64,000 nt of DNA, from the NCBI GenBank assembly GCA_902778175.1, contig CACYWT010000005.1, forward strand, positions 5,926 through 69,925, in the 5' to 3' direction. Of this stretch, positions 1-9,245 are shown one piece after another (the first letter of the stretch is position 1; every line of letters begins with the position of its first letter). The DNA comes from an uncultured Ruminococcus sp. (GTDB taxonomy: Bacteria > Bacillota > Clostridia > Oscillospirales > Acutalibacteraceae). Below the pieces are notes generated by a model. That model did not search any database and was not told where the DNA came from. It was given only the letters and a program-made list of their open reading frames with translations. The position numbers and the translations under genes were made by a program.

Positions 1-1
1 T

Positions 2-790
2 ATAAATGTATCCTGTATTCTTGCACAGCTTGATATTGAAAGCACAGCGTTGGGTTTTACCGCAGGCTTTACCGGAGATGCGATCGAAAACGGAATTCGC
101 AGTCTTGGGATAAGATCTGATTTCATACGATTACGCGACGGAATATCAAGGATCAATATCAAAATGAAGGCTGACGAGGAAAGTGAAATAAACGGTCAGG
201 GACCGCATATTTCGCAGGAAGAACTTGCAATGCTGATGGCAAAAACAGATAATATCAGCGACGGAGATACAATCGTTCTTGCAGGCAGCATACCAAAGAC
301 AGTTTCTGATGACACTTATGAAAGAATAATAAAACGGCTTGAAGGCAGACAGGTCAGGATAGTTGTAGATGCCACGAAAAAGCTGCTGCTTAATTGTCTT
401 TCATATAAACCGTTTCTTATCAAGCCTAATCGCCAGGAGCTTTCGGAGATTTTTGATACCGAAGTGGTAAATGAGGAGCAAACCGAAAAATGTGCGAAAA
501 AGCTGATAGAGCAGGGGGCAAGAAATGTTATCGTATCTCTCGGAGGGGAAGGAGCGATCCTTTTTGCCGAAGATGGAAAAACCTATCATTCAGGAACGGT
601 CAAGGAAAAAGTTCTTAATACTGTCGGTTCAGGTGATTCAATGGTTGCCGGTTTCATTGCGGGTTATGAAAAGACCGGAGATTACGGATATGCGCTAAGA
701 CTCGGAGCAGCCTGCGGAAATGCAACGGCATTTTCACCGGGACTTGCCGACAGGAAAAAGATATATGAGATCTTTGAAAAATTATCATAA
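2..790 (+). CDS. fruK: 1-phosphofructokinase (PfkB family), 5' end cut by window edge
   Basis: The frame is open from nt 2; the track ORF 50..790 starts at an internal TTG. PfkB motifs 'NTVGSGDSMVAGF' and 'GAACGNATAF' are present. The gene lies directly upstream of the PTS fructose IIABC gene. Confidence 0.85.
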   Translation: MNVSCILAQLDIESTALGFTAGFTGDAIENGIRSLGIRSDFIRLRDGISRINIKMKADEESEINGQGPHISQEELAMLMAKTDNISDGDTIVLAGSIPKTVSDDTYERIIKRLEGRQVRIVVDATKKLLLNCLSYKPFLIKPNRQELSEIFDTEVVNEEQTEKCAKKLIEQGARNVIVSLGGEGAILFAEDGKTYHSGTVKEKVLNTVGSGDSMVAGFIAGYEKTGDYGYALRLGAACGNATAFSPGLADRKKIYEIFEKLS

Positions 791-804
791 AGGGGGTAAA
801 TAAT

Positions 805-2796
805 ATGAGAATAACGGATCTGCTTAAAAAACAGGCAATTGAGATCGGTGTATCGGTCAAGGATAAGTCAGAGGCGATCGAAAAGCTTGTATCCTTGCAT
901 GATAAATGCGGCAATCTCAAAGACAGAGAGGCATATAAGGAAGGTATCCTGAAAAGAGAGGAAATGGGTACTACGGCAATAGGTATGGAAATTGCCATAC
1001 CTCATGCAAAAAGCGAGGCAGTCAAAGCGCCGGCTCTTTCGGCAATAACAGTGCCGGACGGAGTAGATTACGGTTCGCCCGACGGTGATCCCTGCAAGCT
1101 TGTTTTCATGATAGCTGCCACAACAGACGGAGATGTTCATCTTGAAGTTCTTGCAAGAATGATGCAGATGCTGATGGATATGGATTTCACCGCAAAGCTC
1201 AAGGCAGCAAAAAATGCCGATGAATTCCTGAAACTTATTGATGAAAAGGAAACTGAGAAATTCCCGGAAGAGGCAAAGAAGGAAGAAAAGTCAGACAAGG
1301 TAGAACTCAGTAAAGATGAATCTGACGGAAGGATCCGCGTACTCGCCGTAACAGCCTGCCCTACGGGTATAGCTCATACATATATGGCGGCAGAGGCTCT
1401 GAACAAGGCTGCTGAAAAGATGGGTATAACGATAAAGGTAGAAACCAACGGCTCAGGCGGCGCAAAGAATGTACTTACCGAAAAGGATATCAAGGAATGT
1501 GACGGTATCATTATTGCAGCTGACAAGAGTGTTGAAACGGCGCGATTTGACGGAAAGCCTGTATACTCTACAAAGGTTGCTGACGGTATCCATAAACCGG
1601 AGGAGCTTATCAATAAGATAATCAATGGCGAGGCTCCCGTATTCCACGCTGATAAAAAGGCTGAGGCTGCATCATCAGACGGAGATGAAAGTTTCGGCAG
1701 AAAGCTGTACAAGCATCTTATGAACGGCGTATCGCATATGCTTCCTTTCGTTGTAGCCGGCGGTATATTCATAGCAATAGCATTCCTTATCGACGCTGCA
1801 AGCGGCGTTGAGGCTGCCGGAAACAGTGCATTCGGTACTGTAAATCCTGTTGCTGCATGGTTCAAGACTATCGGCGGATATGCATTCAATTTCATGCTTC
1901 CGCTTCTTGCCGGATTCATAGCAATGTCCATTGCGGACAGACCCGGTCTTCTTGTAGGTATAGTCGGCGGTCTGCTTGCCTCCAACGGTGCAACATTTGC
2001 TGATCCCGGCGCTGGCAAAACGATCCCTTCCGGTTTCCTCGGAGCACTTCTTGCAGGTTTCCTTGCAGGATTACTGATGAAACTCTTTGAAAAGCTCTGC
2101 GATCATCTGCCCCATGCACTGGAGGGTATAAAACCGGTACTGCTTTATCCGCTTGTCGGCTTAGGTATAGTCGGTGTAATGATGTGCGCTGTAAATCCTG
2201 TAATGGCTATTATCAATACAGGACTCAACAATGCTCTTACATGGCTGAGTGATAACAACCTCGGACTGTTTCTCGGTTGTATTCTCGGTGCAATGATGTC
2301 AATTGACATGGGCGGCCCGTTCAATAAAGCGGCATATGTATTCGGTACAGGTATGCTTACAACGGCAGCAGCAACAACTGATGCCGGCGTACAGCAGGTT
2401 TGCTATCAGGTAATGGCATCAGTAATGATCGGCGGCATGGTTCCTCCGATAGCTATTGCTCTTTCGACAACTATTTTCAAAAAATGCTGGACACCCGACG
2501 AACGTAAAAACGGCATAGTCAATTTCATTATGGGTCTTTCGTTTATTACAGAGGGTGCGATCCCATATGCAGCTTCCTATCCGCTCAAGGTCATTCCTTC
2601 CTGCGCGCTTGGTGCAGCTACAGCCGGCACACTGTCTTGGCTGTTCGGATGTACACTTATGGCTCCGCACGGAGGAATCTTCGTAATAGCTACAATAGGA
2701 AATCCGTTCATGTATCTGCTGGCACTTGTCATAGGTTCGGTAGTCGGAGCTTTGATGTTGTCGCTGCTTAAACGACCGAAAAATGCAAAAAAATAA
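805..2796 (+). CDS. fruA: PTS fructose-family transporter, fused IIA-IIB-IIC
   Basis: N-terminal IIA (Fru/Mtl type) with 'AIPHAKS'. IIB with 'VTACPTGIAHTYMAAEAL' cysteine loop. C-terminal polytopic IIC domain. RBS 'aaggggg' lies 8 nt before the ATG. Confidence 0.85.
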   Translation: MRITDLLKKQAIEIGVSVKDKSEAIEKLVSLHDKCGNLKDREAYKEGILKREEMGTTAIGMEIAIPHAKSEAVKAPALSAITVPDGVDYGSPDGDPCKLVFMIAATTDGDVHLEVLARMMQMLMDMDFTAKLKAAKNADEFLKLIDEKETEKFPEEAKKEEKSDKVELSKDESDGRIRVLAVTACPTGIAHTYMAAEALNKAAEKMGITIKVETNGSGGAKNVLTEKDIKECDGIIIAADKSVETARFDGKPVYSTKVADGIHKPEELINKIINGEAPVFHADKKAEAASSDGDESFGRKLYKHLMNGVSHMLPFVVAGGIFIAIAFLIDAASGVEAAGNSAFGTVNPVAAWFKTIGGYAFNFMLPLLAGFIAMSIADRPGLLVGIVGGLLASNGATFADPGAGKTIPSGFLGALLAGFLAGLLMKLFEKLCDHLPHALEGIKPVLLYPLVGLGIVGVMMCAVNPVMAIINTGLNNALTWLSDNNLGLFLGCILGAMMSIDMGGPFNKAAYVFGTGMLTTAAATTDAGVQQVCYQVMASVMIGGMVPPIAIALSTTIFKKCWTPDERKNGIVNFIMGLSFITEGAIPYAASYPLKVIPSCALGAATAGTLSWLFGCTLMAPHGGIFVIATIGNPFMYLLALVIGSVVGALMLSLLKRPKNAKK

Positions 2797-2836
2797 AAAT
2801 AAAACATAAATAATCAATTTGTAAAGGAGAATCATT

Positions 2837-3100
2837 ATGGTATCAAAATTTTTAACAGTTCCGAATGCACAGGGTTTTCATATGAGACCGGCTTCCGTAT
2901 TTGCAGGCGCAATGGGTAAATATCCCTGCAGTGTAACGATCAAATTCAACGGCAATTCTTATAATGCAAAAAGTACGCTGAATCTTATAGCTGCCTGCAT
3001 GAAATGCGGCAGTGATATCGAGCTTATCTGCGACGGAGATCAGGAAAACGAAGCCCTTGCCGAGGGTGCAAAAATGATCGAGGATGGTTTCGGCGAATAA
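2837..3100 (+). CDS. ptsH: phosphocarrier protein HPr
   Basis: 87 aa. His15 in 'GFHMRPAS' and Ser46 in 'NAKSTLNL' both sit at the canonical positions by my count. RBS 'aaggaga' is present. Confidence 0.85.
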   Translation: MVSKFLTVPNAQGFHMRPASVFAGAMGKYPCSVTIKFNGNSYNAKSTLNLIAACMKCGSDIELICDGDQENEALAEGAKMIEDGFGE

Positions 3101-3161
3101 TAGTTATTCTTAATAAACAGATGGGGACTGTCATACGGCAGTCCCCTGAAAATAGACGGAG

Positions 3162-4868
3162 GTGGCAGAAATGATTAAAGGAATAGGTGTATCCGCCGGA
3201 ATAGGTATAGGTAAAATACATCTTGTTGAAGAACATTCTATCGAATATACGCCGAAACAGGTCACGGATACAGATGCTGAGAAAAAGCGTTTCCATGACG
3301 CTGTAGAGCTGTTCTGTGAAAATACACGGGTTCAGGCTGAGGCGCTGAGAAAAACCGCCGGAGAGAAGGAAGCGGAGATCATGACCGGACATATCAGTAT
3401 CGTGAATGATCCGTTCCTGCTGGGTGAAGTTGATAAGCTTATTGACGGCGGACAGTGCGCAGAGGCTTCCTTTGACAGTATGTGTGATATGTTCATACAG
3501 ATATTCTCCGCAGCAGAAGATGATATGACAAGACAGAGGGCAGCAGATGTCCGTGATGTCAGGACAGGAGTACTGAGCGTACTTCTCGGAATAAGCGAAG
3601 TAAAGCTTTCTGAAGTTCCGCCGGGAACGGTCATCTGCGTAAAGGAGCTTACTCCGTCAATGATAGCTGAGATAAATAAGGACAATGTTGCCGGAATACT
3701 GACAGAAACCGGCAGCACGACATCGCACAGCGCTATTCTTGCGAGAGTACTTGAGATCCCTGCTGTAATGAGTGTTCCGGATATCATGAAGGCTGCAGGA
3801 AACGGCGAGGAAGTTATAATTGACGGCGGAAAGGGAACGGTCGTTCTTTCTCCCGATGAAGCGCAGATCAAAGAATATTCGGAAAAACGCGAAAAGCTTC
3901 TTCTTGAACGCAGGGAGCTTGAAAAATACAGAGGCAAGGTCACGGAATCCGCTGACGGAACTGTATATGAGCTTGTATGCAATATAGGAAAGCCTGATGA
4001 TGCGAAAAAGGCTCTTGATTTTGACGGCGAGGGTGTAGGTCTTTTCAGAACAGAGTTTCTCTTTATGGATAAGACATCAGTTCCGACCGAGGAAGAACAA
4101 TTTGAAGCATATAAAAAGGCTGCGATCATACTTGGCAAAAAACCTCTTATTATCAGGACGCTTGATATCGGCGGCGACAAGGATATACCTTATCTTGGAC
4201 TTGCTAAGGAAGAAAATCCTTTCATGGGCTTCAGGGCGATACGTTATTGTCTGAAAAACCGCGATCTGTTCCGTACCCAGCTTCGCGCTATACTTCGTGC
4301 AAGCGCTTTCGGAAATATAAGTATCATGTTCCCGCTTATTACCTGTGTTGAAGAGGTCAGGGAAGGCAAGGCTCTTGTTGAGGAACTGAAAGCAGAGCTG
4401 AGGAGCGAAGGAATTACATTTGATGAAAACATCAGGGTTGGTATCATGACTGAAACTGCAGCAGCCGGAATAATTGCCGATCTTCTGGCTAAGGAATCAG
4501 ACTTTTTCAGTATCGGAACAAATGACCTTACCGGATATACAATGGCTGCCGACAGAGGCAACAGCGATGTATCATATCTTTATTCTGCATTACAGCCTGC
4601 TGTTCTTAGAATGATCCGCTCTATCATCAAAGCGGCAAGAGATAATAATATTCCTGTCGGAATGTGCGGTGAGGCTGCATCTGATCCTATGATGATTCCG
4701 CTTCTTATTTCTTTCGGACTGACAGAATTCAGTGTTTCGGCTCCGAGTGTACTCAGGGTAAGAAAATGCATTTCCACCTGGACCAAGGAAAAGGCTGACG
4801 AGGTTGCCGATAAGGTAATGTCCTTAGGAACTGAAAGTGAAGTCAGAGAATATCTGCAAAATCTGTAA
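3162..4868 (+). CDS. ptsI: phosphoenolpyruvate-protein phosphotransferase (PTS Enzyme I)
   Basis: 568 aa. Phosphohistidine motif 'GSTTSHSAILAR', 'GLFRTEFLF' and 'SIGTNDLTGY', all typical of EI. Confidence 0.9.
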   Translation: MAEMIKGIGVSAGIGIGKIHLVEEHSIEYTPKQVTDTDAEKKRFHDAVELFCENTRVQAEALRKTAGEKEAEIMTGHISIVNDPFLLGEVDKLIDGGQCAEASFDSMCDMFIQIFSAAEDDMTRQRAADVRDVRTGVLSVLLGISEVKLSEVPPGTVICVKELTPSMIAEINKDNVAGILTETGSTTSHSAILARVLEIPAVMSVPDIMKAAGNGEEVIIDGGKGTVVLSPDEAQIKEYSEKREKLLLERRELEKYRGKVTESADGTVYELVCNIGKPDDAKKALDFDGEGVGLFRTEFLFMDKTSVPTEEEQFEAYKKAAIILGKKPLIIRTLDIGGDKDIPYLGLAKEENPFMGFRAIRYCLKNRDLFRTQLRAILRASAFGNISIMFPLITCVEEVREGKALVEELKAELRSEGITFDENIRVGIMTETAAAGIIADLLAKESDFFSIGTNDLTGYTMAADRGNSDVSYLYSALQPAVLRMIRSIIKAARDNNIPVGMCGEAASDPMMIPLLISFGLTEFSVSAPSVLRVRKCISTWTKEKADEVADKVMSLGTESEVREYLQNL

Positions 4869-4895
4869 TTATTATTAAAGATAATATGCAAAAAA

Positions 4896-4923
4896 CGGGA
4901 ACCTGCTGATCTGCAGGTTCCCG
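4896..4923. terminator. bidirectional intrinsic terminator between convergent ptsI and the GGDEF gene
   Basis: 11-bp GC-rich stem cgggaacctgc/gcaggttcccg. It is flanked by an A-run on the left (a T-run on the minus strand) and by AT-rich sequence on the right. Confidence 0.7.
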
Positions 4924-4933
4924 TAAATATATT

Positions 4934-6301
4934 TTATGCTTTTGCTGTTGCCGTTGTTGTATAGAAAGTATAGGTACTTTTGCCTCTCTGCTTTGATTCG
5001 TACATTGCCTCGTCAGCTTTTTCAAACAGATTTGAAGTATCCTTTACTTCTGTTCCGTGAACAACACCAACGCTTGTTGATATTGCCGGCAGACCGTCCT
5101 TGGATTCGGAGAGCTGTTTGTTGATATGCTCTATCTTTGTAGAGATAAGTTCTTTCATTTCAGGAGTTGAATGAACCATGAATACTACGAATTCATCTCC
5201 GCCTATACGGCAGATATAGTCGTCCATACGGAAATTGCTTTTGAGAGTATTCACAAGTTTTTTAAGCACGCGGTCGCCTGTTTCATGACCGAAGTTATCG
5301 TTGATACCCTTGAAATTATCAAGATCAAAAAGGATCATATGTGTAGTAGTGAGATCAACGCTGCTCAGAAGAAGTTCATATCCCGAACGGTTATATGCTC
5401 CTGTAAGCTCATCGTGTGATGCCTTGAAATTAAGACGTTCAAGACTGTTTTTATAAATGGAGTACATTTTGTTATAGGTATGGGCAAGATAACGGAATTC
5501 GTTTGCACCGATCTCTGGGATAGGAGCGCCAATTTTGATCTTTTCCACAGCCTTGAGAATAGGCTTGATGCCAAGGTTAGAGGTAAGAATCACAATAAAC
5601 AGTATCATGATCATCTGAATGATAGAAAGAATACATACGATAAACTGCTGCCTGTGCATATTGTTCATTGAATTATTCTGTTCGTTCAATGTCAGTTTTT
5701 CAAGTTCTTCAAGGCTTTCATTCATATTTTTGCGGATCTTATTTTTCTGGTCATAATAATCATCGTTGAGTACCAGGGTGTTAGCGAGCTTCATTTTCTT
5801 TTCAGATGATAGCTTTGCATCCTTTTCCTTTATCTTGATATCTTTCAGAACATCAGGATAATCATTATAGCCCATTGCATCAATAACAAGACGCATTGCA
5901 TAATATTCCTGATCCATTAGTTTGACAGAGGCATTCATAGCCTCCTGCAGCTGAGAAAATGCCGCCGTAGAGTTTGAATTGACAGACATTTTCTTAATTG
6001 CTTCATCACGGCGGTTGTTTTTGAATGCCTCGGTAAAGTAATCGTCCAAGAATCTTTTGTCGCCGTCAACTGTGAACCTCTGTACGCTTTCGGTAAGATA
6101 ATCTGATGCGTCCATAAGCTCATGCGCAGCTTTTTCAAGTTCGATATGTTCTGTTGTTGCATTTGATAAACTGTTGAATGTGGAATTGAGAAGATAAATT
6201 GAGAACAATGTAAATCCGAAAACGACTGCGGTAATTAATATGAGCCATGAATAAACCATCCGTAGAGAAACTCCTCTTTTTCTCTTTCTTTTAGATGCCA
6301 T
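4934..6301 (-). CDS. membrane-anchored diguanylate cyclase (two TM helices around a periplasmic helical sensor, C-terminal GGDEF)
   Basis: Intact 'RIGGDEF' active-site motif and 'DELTGAYNR' upstream of it. Two hydrophobic segments are present. RBS 'ggagg' precedes the ATG at 6301. Confidence 0.85.
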   Translation of the reverse strand: MASKRKRKRGVSLRMVYSWLILITAVVFGFTLFSIYLLNSTFNSLSNATTEHIELEKAAHELMDASDYLTESVQRFTVDGDKRFLDDYFTEAFKNNRRDEAIKKMSVNSNSTAAFSQLQEAMNASVKLMDQEYYAMRLVIDAMGYNDYPDVLKDIKIKEKDAKLSSEKKMKLANTLVLNDDYYDQKNKIRKNMNESLEELEKLTLNEQNNSMNNMHRQQFIVCILSIIQMIMILFIVILTSNLGIKPILKAVEKIKIGAPIPEIGANEFRYLAHTYNKMYSIYKNSLERLNFKASHDELTGAYNRSGYELLLSSVDLTTTHMILFDLDNFKGINDNFGHETGDRVLKKLVNTLKSNFRMDDYICRIGGDEFVVFMVHSTPEMKELISTKIEHINKQLSESKDGLPAISTSVGVVHGTEVKDTSNLFEKADEAMYESKQRGKSTYTFYTTTATAKA

Positions 6302-6781
6302 ATTAAAAGCCTCCGTTCAGATCCGATATTCCGCTTTAAAAAACAGATCATCAGATCACAAAAAAGTATTCTGTTTTGCCTTATTTTGCCTTTTATACCT
6401 TTTATATTATTTTGCCTTTATAAATACAATAATACTGTATTATTATATTTTATCATTATATGACCAAAAAATCAACGATTCTGTGATTTTAGACTTTGTT
6501 TTCTGTAAAAACTGTGAAAATAACAAAAAACTGCCATTTTTATTTTGCGTTTTGTTTATATTTTCTACTACATATTATTATACGGTCGGTGTAATATTCG
6601 CAGGCGGAAAAAAGTATTTTGAGTTATGACAAAAGACAGATTTTGACTGAAAAAAGAGTGTTTTTTTGATTGAAAAATGATCAGAAAAATGTTACTATAT
6701 AATAAATAACAATATACAAAAATAAAGCATATAGTTGAAATACAATGTGCATTTTAAAAGCTTTGCTTTCAACAAGCAAAG

Positions 6782-6834
6782 GCAAGCCGTAGGCTTGCTG
6801 TCGTTCAGTGGGAGATTTTTACTCCCACTGAACG
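6782..6834 (+). promoter_or_regulatory. two adjacent stem-loops in the leader of the GH2 gene
   Basis: Hairpin A is gcaagcc-gta-ggcttgc (6782-6798). Hairpin B is a 13-bp stem cgttcagtgggag/ctcccactgaacg (6802-6834). No U-run follows, and the structure ends 36 nt before the ATG at 6870. Confidence 0.4.
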
Positions 6835-6869
6835 GATATATGGCACCCGCTTCCGGAGGGCGATGGTAT

Positions 6870-9245
6870 ATGAGAACAATTATCCCCCTTAATTTCAGAT
6901 GGGAATTTACCGAAGAATACGATGATGCTTTTTGCTGCGGTGAAGGTCAGGGAAAGATCGTTGATATTCCTCATACCTGCAGGCAGACGCCTTTCAATTA
7001 TTTTGATGAATCAATTTATCAGATGAGATGTGCATACCGGAAAAAGATCAGGATCCCTGAATCAGCGGAAGGGAAACGAGTTTTTATAATTGTTGAAGGA
7101 GCGGCTCACAAGTCCCGTGTATATGTCAACGGGATACCCTGCGGAGAGGAACATTTATGCGGATATACCGCATATGAAAGGGAAATCACGGATCATGTTT
7201 CCCCGGGAGAAAGTGTTCTTGTCACAATAGAAACAGACTGCCGTGAAACACTGAATATCCCCCCGTTCGGTCATGTTGTTGATTATATGACATATGGCGG
7301 ACTTTATCGTGAGGTCAGGCTGGAAATAAGAGAAAAAAGCTATATTTCATCAGTTTTTGCAAAACCGGAGATAAGCGGAAGACTTGTTACCGAGGTCGCT
7401 GTGGAGGGCGCCTGTGAGAGAATATATCAAAAATTATATTCCGGTGATGAGCTGATATGCGAAAAATCTTTTTCTCCGGGAGAAGTATGTGAGCTGATGG
7501 TCAGTAATGTCAGACTGTGGAGCTGTGCTTTTCCTTTTCTCTACAGACTCGAAACATCACTTGTTTCCTACGGTAATATCAGCGACAGTGTTACAGTATC
7601 AATCGGATTCCGCAGTGCCGTATTCAAGGAAGACGGTTTTTATCTGAACGGAAAGAAATTCAGACTTATCGGACTGAACCGTCACCAGAGCTTTCCGTAT
7701 GTGGGATATGCAATGCCTGCGTCAATGCAAAGACTTGACGCTGAAATACTGAAAAAAGAGCTTTGTGTTAATGCGGTCCGTACATCGCATTATCCTCAGT
7801 CGCAGCATTTTATTGACCGTTGCGATGAACTCGGTTTGCTGGTTTTTACGGAAATACCCGGTTGGCAGCATATAGGCGACGAGCAGTGGAAACAGGTGTC
7901 AATTGATACCGTAAGGGAAATGGTAACGCAGTACCGCAATCATCCATCGGTGATTTTATGGGGAGTCAGGATAAATGAATCTCCTGATGATGACGACTTT
8001 TACAGAAGAACAAATGATGCTGCCCATATACTTGACCCGACCCGTCAGACCAGCGGAGTCCGCTGTCATAAGAAAAGCAGCCTGCTTGAAGATGTATACG
8101 CATATAATGATTTTCTGCATGACGGAACTAATGCAGGCTGTGAACCGAAAAAATCCGTCACCTCCGATATGAGCCGCGGATATTTAGTATCGGAATACAA
8201 CGGTCATATGTTTCCGACAAAGACATATGATGATGAAGAGCATCGGCTCGAACACGCACTGCGTCATGCACGGGTGCTTGACAGTATATGGAAAAACAAG
8301 GATATTGCCGGATCGTTCGGCTGGTGCTTTACCGATTATAATACCCATAAGGATTTCGGCAGCGGCGACCGTATCTGCTATCACGGAGTATGCGATATGT
8401 TCCGCAATAAAAAACTTGCAGCAGATGTCTATGCTTCGTTTTCTGGATTTGTTCCTGTGCTGAATGTCAGCTCGTCAATGGATATAGGCGAGCATCCGTC
8501 GGGTTACAGGGGAAGGGTATATGCATTTACCAATGCCGATTCTCTGAGGGTATATCATAATGATGTTTTTCTCAGGGAGTATACCCGTAACGACAGTAAA
8601 TACAGGCATCTTCCGCATCCTCCTTTAGAGATAGCCGATTATATCGGAGAGAAAATAAACGAAAATGAGGATTTCACCCCTAAACAGGCAGAATATATCA
8701 GAGATGTTCTCAACAGTCTGGCTCGTTTCGGCATGAATAATATGTCCGTTTCGGAAAAGTCAAAAATACTATGGCTCATGACCCGGTACGGCATGACGTT
8801 TTCACAGGCATATGCTCTTTACGGTAAATATATCGGTAATTGGGGCGGAGAGGCGTCTGTTTTCCGTTTTGATGCTGTAAAAAACGGAAAAGTTGTAAGC
8901 ACGGTAATAAAAGAACCGTTCAGAAAACTGAAATTATCTGCAGAAGCCAATACGGATACACTTACCGAGGCGGATACCTATGATGTTGCTTCGGTCAGGA
9001 TAAGAATGACCGATCAGAACGGAAATACACTTCCGTTTTTCAACGGAACAGTTTCTGTCAGTCTTTCGGGACCGGCAGAGATAATAGGAGAAGTTCCCGC
9101 GATCCTGAGGGGAGGATGCGGCGGATTATATATAAGGACAACAGGCAAAAGCGGCGATATTGTTCTTACTCTGAGCGCGCCGGGTGCGGAAGATGTAACA
9201 CTTTGCTTTGCTGCCGCAAAAGAAAAGGAGGCATACAATGACTGA
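6870..9245 (+). CDS. glycoside hydrolase family 2 beta-galactosidase-like enzyme
   Basis: GH2 motifs 'NAVRTSHYPQS', 'WGVRINES' (acid/base region) and 'LVSEYNGH' (nucleophile region). I place the start at ATG 6870, 9 nt after RBS 'ggaggg'. The upstream TTG-initiated extension (6735) covers the hairpins and looks non-coding. Confidence 0.8.
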   Translation: MRTIIPLNFRWEFTEEYDDAFCCGEGQGKIVDIPHTCRQTPFNYFDESIYQMRCAYRKKIRIPESAEGKRVFIIVEGAAHKSRVYVNGIPCGEEHLCGYTAYEREITDHVSPGESVLVTIETDCRETLNIPPFGHVVDYMTYGGLYREVRLEIREKSYISSVFAKPEISGRLVTEVAVEGACERIYQKLYSGDELICEKSFSPGEVCELMVSNVRLWSCAFPFLYRLETSLVSYGNISDSVTVSIGFRSAVFKEDGFYLNGKKFRLIGLNRHQSFPYVGYAMPASMQRLDAEILKKELCVNAVRTSHYPQSQHFIDRCDELGLLVFTEIPGWQHIGDEQWKQVSIDTVREMVTQYRNHPSVILWGVRINESPDDDDFYRRTNDAAHILDPTRQTSGVRCHKKSSLLEDVYAYNDFLHDGTNAGCEPKKSVTSDMSRGYLVSEYNGHMFPTKTYDDEEHRLEHALRHARVLDSIWKNKDIAGSFGWCFTDYNTHKDFGSGDRICYHGVCDMFRNKKLAADVYASFSGFVPVLNVSSSMDIGEHPSGYRGRVYAFTNADSLRVYHNDVFLREYTRNDSKYRHLPHPPLEIADYIGEKINENEDFTPKQAEYIRDVLNSLARFGMNNMSVSEKSKILWLMTRYGMTFSQAYALYGKYIGNWGGEASVFRFDAVKNGKVVSTVIKEPFRKLKLSAEANTDTLTEADTYDVASVRIRMTDQNGNTLPFFNGTVSVSLSGPAEIIGEVPAILRGGCGGLYIRTTGKSGDIVLTLSAPGAEDVTLCFAAAKEKEAYND

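Noticed and set aside
3332-4180. 282-aa minus-strand ORF inside ptsI (and similar ORFs at 1374..2018 and 4244..4561)
   Set aside because: They are antisense to strongly conserved genes. Their translations are Ser/Pro/Ala-rich and low-complexity, and they have no RBS. These are typical shadow ORFs.
6735-6869. N-terminal extension of the GH2 ORF from TTG 6735
   Set aside because: The extension spans two strong hairpins and has no RBS. ATG 6870 has a well-spaced 'ggaggg' and begins the conserved GH2 N-terminus.
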